Assembly: GCA_009103225.1 (NCBI GenBank)
Contig: RHPI01000249.1
Coordinates: 246,348-310,347 of the forward strand
Direction of reading: 5' to 3'
DNA from: Chlorokybus atmophyticus
Lineage: Eukaryota > Plantae > Mesostigma and Chlorokybus algae
Length of the DNA: 64,000 nt
Shown here: one piece after another, positions 25,113-35,440 of the stretch
How positions within the stretch are numbered: position 1 is the first letter of the stretch
How the letters are laid out: every line of letters starts with the position of its first letter
Made by a program: the position numbers and the translations under genes
The notes under the pieces: model-generated
The model's database searches: none
The model's input: only the letters and a program-made list of their open reading frames with translations
What the model was told of the DNA's origin: nothing

Positions 25113-25410
25113 NNNNNNNNNNNNNNNNNNNNNNNNNNNNNNNNNNNNNNNNNNNNNNNNNNNNNNNNNNNNNNNNNNNNNNNNNNNNNNNNNNNNNNNN
25201 NNNNNNNNNNNNNNNNNNNNNNNNNNNNNNNNNNNNNNNNNNNNNNNNNNNNNNNNNNNNNNNNNNNNNNNNNNNNNNNNNNNNNNNNNNNNNNNNNNNN
25301 NNNNNNNNNNNNNNNNNNNNNNNNNNNNNNNNNNNNNNNNNNNNNNNNNNNNNNNNNNNNNNNNNNNNNNNNNNNNNNNNNNNNNNNNNNNNNNNNNNNN
25401 NNNNNNNNNN
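25113..25410. other. Assembly gap (298 N)
   Basis: Read directly from the sequence. Confidence 1.
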
Positions 25411-25463
25411 ACCGCTACCGCTACCCTTGCATGCCAGAGGCGGGAAACTTGGCCGCCAGTCAC

Positions 25464-25642
25464 TGGCTCCGTCGTACCATTATAATGGTACGAACGAGCC
25501 ATTGCACGTCCAGGGTGAGTCTCTGGATATTTTTATATACATATATATACTGATTGAACCGTTTCAATGGTACGAAGATGCCTTTGCCAAAAGGTATAGG
25601 CATTGTACAAAGGTACCATTGAAATGGTACCTTTGTACAATG
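25464..25642. promoter_or_regulatory. Two palindromic GTACCAT-N4-ATGGTAC sites between the transposase and divergent gene E
   Basis: tggctccgtcgtaccat-tata-atggtacgaacgagcca (25464-25501) and a perfect 19-bp-arm inverted repeat at 25601-25642. Confidence 0.55.
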
Positions 25643-25823
25643 GCAATGACAGTTCGCACTATTGACAACTCTGGCAATGTCAGTCCCCCTGCGCATGAAA
25701 ACACCATTGATAGCTCCGCCAGGCTATGCCCTTACAGGGGCGTGATGCCGAGGGTATGTGGCGTTTGGAGAATCGTTGGCGGCGCTACCAGGGGCGTAGT
25801 GGGCATTGTAGTCGAGGTCCGGT

Positions 25824-26772
25824 ATGAATTCCATGTTCGCACAGGGCGGGCAGGGTGCCGGAGGGGTGTCCTCGGTGTCAAACCCCACCAAGACTACCAA
25901 GGGCACATCCAATGACAACAGTGACTCGGGCGATATCTTACAGGGCTCCCCCTCCGAGTGGGCAAAGGCACACCACAATACTGCCGCTAAGAAAATCCGA
26001 CCCACCAGCAGCTGCGACCACGGCGACATGATTGAAGGGACCAAACAAGACTGGCTTAACCAAGGTGGGTTCTTCGATGCACTGTCACGATGCACTGTCA
26101 ATGCCACATGCTAGGGTTCTTTTATCTTGCACATGCACAGCCTCAAGTATCTTGCACTTGACATACATTGTCAATACCACATGCACACCCACATGCACAA
26201 CCTCCAGTGTCATGCACATGAACAGCATGACCAATCTCGCAAATGCACAGCCTATTTCTACTTGCGGGAGCTCGCAAGTCGCAAAAGAGAAGCTGCGGAG
26301 TACCACGAACGGGTAATCCATGACCTAGTTTAATGTTTCCAGCGGTAATTAAGCAGTATGCTTGCAAATTGCCATGTTGGTCAGAGTGAACCAAGAGCAG
26401 CGCGGCAGGCTGACTGTCTGCCTGGCGGAGTGCAACAAAGCGGAAGACGAGGTAAGCGTGTGTATGCTGATGGGCTAGTCCTCTGGCAGCACGCCACTCT
26501 TACAGCATTATCAAATGCAGGTGGTCACTCTCAAAGCGACCATCAAGCGCATGCGCGTGCACGGCGAGGCGCTGACATTCAAGATGAAGGACGAAGTAGC
26601 CAGTGTACTATTAGCGAGCGAGGCAGCGGATGAAGATGACTCCGGCGTTGAAGCAGAAGACTCGTCGGAGGAGGAACATGAGGAGGGGGTTTGGAGAGGA
26701 GTTCTGAGGCAGGCATCACGGGTTGACAAGCTGCGCATGAGTCCAACAGCTAGACTCAATGTTATAGGGTAG
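25824..26772 (+). CDS. Cargo gene E, probably spliced, with acidic C-terminus; unknown function
   Basis: Exon-like ORFs ..GDILQGSPSEWAKAHHNT.., ..YFYLRELASRKREAAEYHER.. and QVVTLKATIKRMRVHGE..DEDDSGVEAEDSSEEE.., with plausible splice signals. The gene model is tentative. Confidence 0.4.
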
Positions 26773-26899
26773 TTTTATGCGCAAGTCAGCTGCTCAGTCA
26801 TACGTGGACATACTCTCACCACTGCCCGTACATTGTATATATTGTGGGCTTTTAGGTGCAAGACCAAACAATCAGTCCAAGGTTTGTACAAGCTGCATG

Positions 26900-27240
26900 G
26901 CATGTTAGTGTTGGCTTACGGCAAGAATTGCCAACTTTTGTCAAACGGCAAGGGTCACATATTAACAGCAGTGTAACGGCAAAGAAACTGCCGGCTATTG
27001 CTGTCAGCTGTCCGTAACTACCGGCTAACGGCCGTCTGTGCACATCAATCAAAGGGTAACTGGTTGACAACTCTTGGCCGGTTAGTGCCACTCACAACCA
27101 CTTTCGGCCCGCGGCCGTCTGCGTCAGTCCACTTAAGCCAACGGCAAACCCAACAGTCCAAAAGTAATATTTCAGGCATCGACAGGCAGGCTCAGGCAGG
27201 CTTAGGCACCGGTCAGTCCCTCAGTCCTTAGTCAGTCACC
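26900..27240. repeat. Right subterminal repeat array of the transposon
   Basis: About five AACGGCAA-like units plus short cagtc/aggc repeats close to the right end. Confidence 0.5.
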
Positions 27241-27275
27241 GTGTAAAATTTGCAATAATGTACCTTCCCGTTACA

Positions 27276-27649
27276 TTGCCCCCCACTTAAGAACGCTGAC
27301 GTCTTCGACAGCTGCGTATGCTTAGCTGGGGAAGTATCCCAGGGGTTTGTTGGGTCGGTCACCGGCCCCACGGTCAAGGACCGGCCAACTTAGGCCCATA
27401 CCGGTCAACGCGCGCATAGCACCGCTGCCGGCCCCACAGGTCGCATCGCGACAAGCAGGTCGCGTCCTGCCGCGTCAACTGAACATCGGCGCGACTGCCA
27501 TAAGGCAAGTCGCGACCCATTGATAATGGTACTTATAATGTGACCATGTACACTGGATTGAGAAACAGCGAGCGCGAAATTCGTGTGCAACTTGCAACTT
27601 GCAACTTGAAGGCAGGAATTGAACCTGGGTCTCAAGCTCCAATGACCAA
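27276..27649 (-). mobile_element. TRIM internal region (tandem unit sharing LTRs)
   Basis: Highly similar to 42141-42514; PPT at one end, PBS at the other, no ORF. Confidence 0.85.
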
Positions 27650-28137
27650 TGTCACAGATGCCGGCGTCGCCACCGACAACCCTTCAATCCTCTACCCCAA
27701 CACTCGACCACAAAAGACTTGGTGCTTTTATGGTCGATTTGTGGTAATTTAATGTAACTCCCCTTTCAATCCTCTACCCAACACCCATGCCAACGACCCT
27801 ACCCATGCCGCCGCCATGACTATCGTGTTAAGAACCCACGTTCCCCCATTCACTATCAGCCATACCTTTAACCAGTTTGGTTGATGTTAATCAATTAGGG
27901 TAAGAATCGTGGATATCACCCGTTGGGACTCATAACTTTAATAAGACTCATATAAGGGTCTTAATTAAGCATAGAGCGAGGAACCAATGGAGCTTGGCAT
28001 ATAATTGACCAATTAAGGTCATATAAAATGATGTCAAGGTGAAAACCTTAAATAAGGGAAAAGCCCTTGACAGGCAAGAAGCAACTTGAAGCAACGGATT
28101 AAGAAACCTCAACAAGGCCCATGTATAACCTACTTAC

Positions 28138-28470
28138 CGCATATTGTAGTACATTGCCAGAATGCCATGACCGTTGCTGTAGCTGCAACTAGCAGGCGTT
28201 GACCAACCGGATCAACCCTTGCAGATCAAGATAGTTCTTTGCTGTTGCGGAGTCATTGAGGGACTGTGCGGGCTGAGCGTTCCGCTGGTCGCCCGCCCCG
28301 GCCCGGTTGGACTTGCCAGGAGCGGGTGAGCTCGCAAGCCGCTGCTCGTCAGCAGCGGCTTGCGAGCGCCTCACCAAGCATAGTCGTCGTGGCGGCTGCA
28401 GTGGTGACGGCAGAGGCGGCCGCAAGAAGAACCCCAGACTGGGACGGCCTGCTCCCGCCCACCCGGCCAT
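28138..28470 (-). pseudogene. 5' exon of the decayed gene split by the composite LTR element
   Basis: ORF MAGWAGAG..LVNAC*LQLQQRSWHSGNVLQYA ends at a GTAAGT donor (28137). Removing 10274-28077 leaves an 83-nt intron that ends at the acceptor at 10251. Confidence 0.4.
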
Positions 28471-29444
28471 CTACCTTAAGCTTAATGCCGCCGACGCCAC
28501 CGACCACCTGCGCGGCCACGGCGCAGACCTCAACTTCAATAAGTCAAAACCTCAAATGTTGGGCTTTAAAAAGGGTTTAAGTTGATACGATGGTCCGCAA
28601 CCAAATGAAATGAATGAAATTGTCGTCGCCAAGGGCGAGCTCATGCGGTTGCCGGTACATGGATAGTATGCCTAACGCTAGCGGGCGTGTGTGTTAGGCA
28701 CAAAAATAAATGATGTTGCATTCTCAAGCGAAGTGTTTAAAACCGGCGATGTTAATATGATGTGTCTTATCAATCATCACGTCGTAACTTGGTACACGTA
28801 TCATGCATATAGTGCGATATGCAGCATGATTGACAAGATGTGGACATATATTAAAGACTTCAGTTCAAAATCCCATAGTCTATAGCACGGTGCTTATAAG
28901 GGCGGAATCTGGGGAAAGGGAAGAGAAGCAGGCAGTAATCATAAACCGATGTTTGTAAAACCACGAGGCTTAGTCAAGAGCATATATGTCACGCAAAGAA
29001 GGCCCGATTGCAGGTGTGTCTCGCAATTGGGGTGAGTACATCAAAGCGCGCAAGTGTGCGTTTGGGTGGAGCTGCAGGGCAGCATGCAGGGTTGGCAGCA
29101 GAGTGAAAGCAGTTGCGGAGTCCAAGTGCGAGAGTAGTGGTGGAGCCGCAGTGTGTAAGAAGGCAGCTGAGGGGGAAACAAACTAGGTGGTCCTTTTGTA
29201 CCAGCAAAAAGTAGTAGTCACTTAACAAGCTCTTGAACAAGAACACTTGGGGAAATGCACACAGCAGTCTCAATCATGCATTCGTGTGATTTTTTGCAAG
29301 CTTAGTAGAATGAGATTACGCACCACAAGCACCGATCTCGCACAATAAAAGTGTATGCCAGTTTAACATGCATGCATGCAGAAACAGGCAAGCATGATCA
29401 CCGTAAGACAGTAGAGAACCTCAACATAATGTACACACCATTAT

Positions 29445-29554
29445 TGTAACGATGCTCGTGCTCACATACTCAGCACACAAGTCATACAACACATGTGTGC
29501 ACACATGTGTTGTATGACTTGTGTGCTGAGTATGTGAGCACGAGCATCGTTACA
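29445..29554. repeat. Perfect 110-bp palindrome replacing the 5' LTR
   Basis: Two 55-bp arms with no spacer. The right arm equals the last 55 bp of the 3' LTR. Confidence 0.95.
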
Positions 29555-29629
29555 GTGGTATTGGAGCCCTTTGAGTGGTTGGCTTTCTTGTTTTAAGGGG
29601 ATATTGACTATCTCTTTGGTGTGTGAGGT

Positions 29630-30634
29630 ATGTTTTTGTTTATGGACGCTACCATGGATGATGCACGTGTTGTGGAGCTTCAGCAAGTGCTGGTGGCTGC
29701 TCATGAGGAGCTGCAACGTGTCCAAGCATCTGCCCAAGCTCAAGCGGCACAATTTCAACAAGCCATGGCGCAAGCTCGCGCGTCCGCGTCCATTACAGCT
29801 CCTGTGGTTGCTCCATCAGCCTCTCGTCATGTGAAGCTACTAAAACCAAAGTCATTCAAGGGTCAAAGGGACGGTGACTGTGTCGAGGAGTGGGTGTTTG
29901 ACGTTTCGACATGGTTGAAGCTCACCGAGGTACCCATACATCTCCGTGTCGATGTGGCTGCTACTTTCTTTGAGGGAGCTGCACTTGTGTGGTGGCGTCA
30001 TCGTTGTGCTCGTGTGGAAGCTGGTCTTGAGGTTCCTTTCACTACCGTGGCTGAGCTGGCTGCTGAGGTGAAGAAACAGTTCGTACCGGTGGAGAGTGTG
30101 AAGACGGCGCGCGACCAGCTCTCTACGCTTGTGCAATCGCAGTCCGTGATGGCCTATACCTCTGCGTTTCAGCGTCTTGTGCTCTCCGTACCCATGACTG
30201 AGGAGGAGCAGCTAGACCGCTACACGCGCGGGTTGAAGACTCTTTGTCGCAAGGAAGTTGATCTTCGTGACGCGAAGACTCTCGCGGAGGCCATTCGCAT
30301 CGCCGAGCGTACAGACGTGTTGTACTTCAAGGGGACTGCCAAATACGCTGATCGTGGACACTTCAATCAGTTTCGTGGAGGTTCGTATCGCTCGTACGCA
30401 TCTGTTGGGGCTGGTTCGGGAGCTGTAGCAGCTCATGGGGCTGGCTCGGGGCCAATTCCAATGGAGTTGGGTGCTCTCCATGTCTCCAAGAAGGGGACAA
30501 GGGGTCGAGAAGATTCCAAGGCAGTTTGGAAGTGTTGGGAGTGCTGTTCCGCTGATCATGTGCGCTCTAGCTCCCCATCTTCAAAGCAAAGTCTGCTGCA
30601 CATGCCCGCAACGCTCGCGGCGGTGGACGCGTGA
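29630..30634 (+). CDS. gag: Retrotransposon Gag (zinc knuckle degenerate)
   Basis: KPKSFKG..VEEWVF, ARDQLSTLVQ..VMAYTSAF, GPIPMELG and CWECCSADH. Confidence 0.85.
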   Translation: MFLFMDATMDDARVVELQQVLVAAHEELQRVQASAQAQAAQFQQAMAQARASASITAPVVAPSASRHVKLLKPKSFKGQRDGDCVEEWVFDVSTWLKLTEVPIHLRVDVAATFFEGAALVWWRHRCARVEAGLEVPFTTVAELAAEVKKQFVPVESVKTARDQLSTLVQSQSVMAYTSAFQRLVLSVPMTEEEQLDRYTRGLKTLCRKEVDLRDAKTLAEAIRIAERTDVLYFKGTAKYADRGHFNQFRGGSYRSYASVGAGSGAVAAHGAGSGPIPMELGALHVSKKGTRGREDSKAVWKCWECCSADHVRSSSPSSKQSLLHMPATLAAVDA

Positions 30635-30704
30635 ACATGGTGGAGGAGGATAGGTTACAGCTGGGAAACGGCTCACCTCAGTAGCTGAAGAGGCTCCTGC
30701 TGGG

Positions 30705-33700
30705 GTGGTGATGCAGCCTCACTATGATGTTGACGGTCCAGCGGCTGGCGTAGAAGCATTGTTGACGGTTGGCGGCATGTGCGCAACGGCAACGCAAAGC
30801 GGTATGTTTCGTATGCCCGACAAGGCGAGGCAGCTGTTTGGAGTCATGGCTCTGATCCGGGAGGGCAATGGGCCTTGGATGGAGTGTAAGATGCTAGTGG
30901 ATTGCGGCGCGAACAGCAACTTTATGAGTCGTGAGGTTGCGCGTCGGCACAAGTGGCTGTCATGGGCAAATGCTGGCTCGGTGGCTCTGGCGGACGGCTA
31001 TGCGCTAGAAGGAGGAGCTTCTAAGCAAAACAAAGAGCTTGAGATGCACGTGGAGATGATGAAGGATCGCCTACGCTTTTGCTGCATCGAGCTGAACAAT
31101 GGCTTTGATGGCATTTTGGGGCTGCCTTGGCTTTGAACACATAACCCCGCCATTAATTGGAGGAAGCGCGTGCTCGCTGCCCCGGAAGCCGGTGGTGAGG
31201 TCTTAGTGTGCTTCAATGCTTCAATGCAAGGCGAGTGTGTGGTTCAAGAGCATGTCAGGTGCGTCGAGGCTGCTAGCAATGTGCTGCATACGCGTGACGC
31301 GCACGACACGAAGGCGCGCCAGCAAGCTGCACCACAACATGCTTCTAGCTCAAGGGGAGAGGTTCCGGAGCTGGTGTCACGAGTTTCTAAGACCGAGATG
31401 GAGCAGATCTGGTCCGGGAACGACGTGAAGGATGCATGGCTGTGCATGGTGCGTGAAACACCTCCCAAGTCGGACTTGAAGCTGGTCGGCATTGTTACGG
31501 AAAGTTTGGAGGACCCTGAGGTGCAAGTTGCTTAAGGAGTTCAAAGACGTCATGGTGGATGGGCTACCAGCTGGTCTGCCACCCACGCGAAGTGTTGATC
31601 ACCGTGTGGAGCTGATAGAGGGCGTGCACAAGCCGCCGTATAGACCGGTGTACAAATTGTCTCCGGCTGAGCTCGAAGAGGCGAGCACCCAAGTCGAGGA
31701 CCTTCTACAACGTCGGTACATCAGGCACAGCAAGTCTCCTTACGGTGCACCTATCCTACTTGTACGTAAAAAGAGCGGAGCCTTGCGCATGTGCACCGAC
31801 TATCGGCCAGTCAACAACATCACCAAGAAGAATGTGTTCCCTTTGCCAGAGTTGTTGGAGCAGCTCGAGGGTGCCAAGTTTTTCTCAAGCTTGGACCTAG
31901 CTGGTGGCTACCACCAGATCCGTGTTGCACCTGAAGACGTTGAGAAGACGGCTTTCAACACTTGCTACGGCCACTACGAGTGGTTGGTGATGTCCTTTGG
32001 CGTGACAAACGCTCCGGCAACCTTTCAAACCTTGATGAATGAGGTCTTTGCTGATCTGATCGGCAAGGGTGTGCTAGTGTACCTCGACGACATCCTTGTG
32101 TACATGAAGAGCAAGAGGGAGCACGTGGTGTTGCTACGCAAGGTGATGCAGCGTTTACGTCTAAACAAGTTGTTTGCTCAGCTCAACAAGTGCCGCTTCT
32201 TGCTTGAGGAGGTAGAGTACCTTGGCCACATTGTATCCAAGCAAGAAATTAAGGTGGACCCGAACAGGATTGCCGCAATGCGCAATTGGGCTACTCCGAA
32301 GGACGTGAAGGGGGTCATGTCGTTCCTAGGGCTTGCCGGCTACTATCGCAAATTTGTGAAGGGCTTCTCGCACTTGGCGGCACCATTGACGGCGTTGCTA
32401 AGAAAGGGGGTGGCTTGGAGCTGGTCGGAGGCTGCAACAAAGGCATTTTCTGACTTGAAAGCGGCCCTAACAACGGCTCCCGTGCTGCTGCATCCCAACA
32501 TGCAATTGCCCTTCGTGGTGGCGTGTGATGCGTCCGACAAGGCCATTGGGGCAGTTTTGCAGCAAGATCACGGCAACGGCATGCAACCGGTGGCCTATTT
32601 CAGCAAGAAGATGAGCGGATCTGAGCTCAATTACCCTGTTCATGAGAAGGAATTGTTGGCGCAAATGCTAGCGCTACATCAATGGCGTTGTTTCCTTAAA
32701 GGCAAGCGCTTCACACTTGAAACGGACCACTCGCCATTGAGGTACCTTCAAACCCAGCCTCATCTCTCGCGTCGGCAAGCTCGTTGGCTTGAGTTCTTCC
32801 AACTCGTTGACTTTGAAGTGAAGTACAAGCCCGGCTCTTCAAGGTGGCGGACGCGTTGAGTCGCCAACTCAATGCGCTCGAAACGGTGGTGCAAGTGCAG
32901 CCCGCGTGGTTGGATCAGATCCGAGCCTTGTTGCACGAGGACGCGGTAGGTGACAAGACTATCAAGGCGCTGGAGAATGGGTCTGAGCATAGTGGCCTTT
33001 GGGCATTGAAGGAGGAGCTGCTATGGCATGGCGATCGCATGTACATACCCAACATTGCGCATATGCGCGTAGCATTGATGCGAGAAACGCATGACGTGCC
33101 AATGGCTGGTCATCAAGGGCTGGAACGGACGTAGGCTTTGGTGAAACAGAGTTTTGTCTGGTCGGAGATGCATCGTGATGTTAAAGACTATGTGGCATTG
33201 TGCGACACTTGTCAAATGGTAAAGGCGAGCACTCAACGCACCAGCGGGCTGCTCCAACCATTGCCAATACCTTTAACGAAGTGGGAGCAAGTTACTCTCG
33301 ACTTCATTACGGGGCTGCCACGTACACGCGAAGGGCATGATGCTATCTTGGTGTTTGTGGACAAGACCAGCAAAATGGTGCGATTGGTGCCATGTACGGA
33401 GACTTGCACGGCTCCTGAGGCTGCCAAGTTGTTCATCAAGCATGCGGTGCGGTCTCATGGCCTTCCAAGGAGCATTGTAAGTGACAGAGACCCGCGGTTT
33501 ACTGGCAACTTTTGGAGAGCTCTCCACTCAGCTCTAGGCACGAGCTTGAAGTTCAGCACCGCGTACCACCCCGAAACGGACGGCCAAACTGAGCGCGCCA
33601 ACCGCGTGATCGAGGACATGGTACGATGCTATGTGAACAGACGTCAAGACAATTGGGGAGACATGCTGGATTTGACCAAGTTCACCATCAACAACCACAA

Positions 33701-34376
33701 AAGTGCAAGCACGGGCGTGACACATTTCCTCATGAACTACGGGCAACATCCTTTGACGCCATTGACGGCGTGGGTGCCTAGCATGTAAAGCTCCAACGTG
33801 GAGGCCGTGGATGGCTTTCTTGTGAGGTGTGCAGACATTACCAAGGCAGCTCGTGAGGGTCTAATTACGGCATCAAACAGGCAAAAGCAATACGCCGATG
33901 CACATCGCAAGCATGTTATCTTTTCGGAGGGTGAGCGTGCGATGCTCTCTACGAAGCATGTGCAGCTGGTCACAGGTGTGCGCAAGCTGAGTGAGCGATG
34001 GTTGGGGCCTTTTAATGTAATCAAGGTCATCTCAGAGGTAGCGTACAAGTTGGAGCTGCCCGATACCATGCACGTGCACCCCGTTTTTCATGTCTCGCTC
34101 TTTAAAGCTTACAAGGGGGAGCCGCCACCTCACCCGCCTCCGGTTTTAGTTCGTGAGGGCCAAGCTGAGTGGGAGGTGGAGGTAATTGTCAAGGATAAGC
34201 TGGTGGGAGGTGTGCGCAAGTATTTGGTAAAGTGGCGCGGCTATCCCATGCACGAGGCAACGTACGAACCCAAGAAGAGTTTCGCCTACGCCGAACAGAT
34301 TTTGCAGGAGTACAAGGCCAAGGGAGGCACTCGTCAGCTTCGAGGGCGAAGCTTCCCCAGGGGGGAAGGGGTGTAA
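30705..34376 (+). pseudogene. pol: pol: protease, RT, RNase H, integrase and chromodomain; disrupted
   Basis: LVDCGANSNF, YLDD, CDASD, TDHSPL, LDFITGL, SDRDPRF, DGQTERAN and EWEVEVI..YLVKWRGY; stops and frameshifts separate the ORF pieces. Confidence 0.95.
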
Positions 34377-35033
34377 CAGCCTGGACCCTTTTCCATATTT
34401 TAGTGCATGTATAATATGTGTTTTACCCTTTTTGGGCTTAATAAAGGGTTTTGTAAGGCCTTATTGGGCCCTTCTGGCGCCGGCTCTACTGCAGCGCGCG
34501 ACTTCGCCTTCGCCAGCAGCTGCCAACCTGCGACGTGACTGCCGCGGCATGTGACGTCACACCTGACTAGACTGTGCCAGGTGACGCGGACTTCGCAGTC
34601 AGCTACCTGCTGTACAGTACCTTACAACGCGGAGTGCACAGTCAGCTGCCGCGTGAAAGGTACCCGACGCGAGGGGCAGCAGCCTGCACTTATACAGTCC
34701 TTTAGAGTTGGTAAATCATGAACAAAATGCCTGGTTATTAACCTGCTTAGTTTTGGTGCTGGTATAAATAGGAAAACCCTGTGTAATGCAACCAACTTTG
34801 CTTTCTGCTCTCTGCTGTGAGTATACTGGTGTATGCTTGAGAGAGGCGTGATCCAAGGCACACTGCTGCGTTCTTGCTTGGTGTGAGAAGTAGTAGTGTT
34901 CATGTGCGTGTGCGCGCTCAACGCATGCGTATGTGCGAGGGAAGGCAAGGTTCCGGTGTGAAGACTGTGCTCAGTGTGCACACATGTGTTGTATGACTTG
35001 TGTGCTGAGTATGTGAGCACGAGCATCGTTACA
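34372..35033 (+). repeat. 3' LTR (662 bp, TGTAAC...GTTACA)
   Basis: Follows the PPT and is followed by the target duplication. Confidence 0.93.
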
Positions 35034-35239
35034 ATTATGATAGGGTTAAGTTGTTAACGTCTTCAATATAAAATCAGCTCTCACCACCCGCACCTGGCCA
35101 TTGAAGTACGGTAATCACATATGAAGTAGTATCCAACGCTATCTTGCCAAGTATACCACAATGTGAGCTAATTAGCGCTTACTCCGTATGAATGATCACA
35201 TGAAAACAAATCACTTGGAAAGAGTATACGGACGTGAGA

Positions 35240-35440
35240 GTCTCTGTGGCCTCTTGCATATGTGTGTGTGTGTATATATATATACACGTACATGTACATA
35301 TATACACGTATATGGATGCGAGAGTCTCTATGGACTCTTGCGTATGTATGTAAATATACATATATATATATATGTGTATATATATGTATATATATATGTG
35401 TATATATATTTATGTATATATATATATGTGTATATACATA
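35240..35440. repeat. (TA)/(TATG)-type low-complexity repeat
   Basis: Read directly from the sequence. Confidence 0.85.

Larger units (their letters stand above)
12461..27255. mobile_element. 14.8-kb Plavaka-type DNA transposon with multi-gene cargo
   Basis: It interrupts an LTR whose intact junction (ggtaattTAATgcaccttcccg) is seen at ~42098-42119. TAAT is duplicated at 12457-12460 and 27256-27259. It has imperfect ~30-bp terminal inverted similarity, subterminal repeat arrays and an internal Plavaka transposase. Ends are uncertain by about 4 bp. Confidence 0.8.
10274..28072 (-). mobile_element. Composite non-autonomous LTR element: LTR - gag-only unit - LTR (split by the Plavaka element) - TRIM unit - LTR
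   Basis: GGCAA target duplication at 10269-10273 and 28073-28077. LTRs at 10274-10461, 12375-12460 plus 27260-27275, and 27650-28072. PPT reverse complements at 10462-10474 and from 27276. PBS reverse complements at 12361-12372 (TGGTATCGGAGC, iMet type) and 27636-27648. Confidence 0.75.
29445..35033 (+). mobile_element. Ty3/gypsy chromovirus, degenerate, with a palindromic 5' end
   Basis: ATTAT target duplication at 29440-29444 and 35034-35038; PBS TGGTATTGGAGC at 29556-29567; gag-PR-RT-RH-IN-chromodomain; a PPT before the 3' LTR. Confidence 0.95.

Noticed and set aside
24702-25915. Long ORFs spanning X runs
   Set aside because: They are artefacts of reading through the N gap. Only the part below 25113 is used, as transposase sequence.
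27600-27650. tRNA gene
   Set aside because: Only a B-box-like word and a PBS are present; no cloverleaf can be built.
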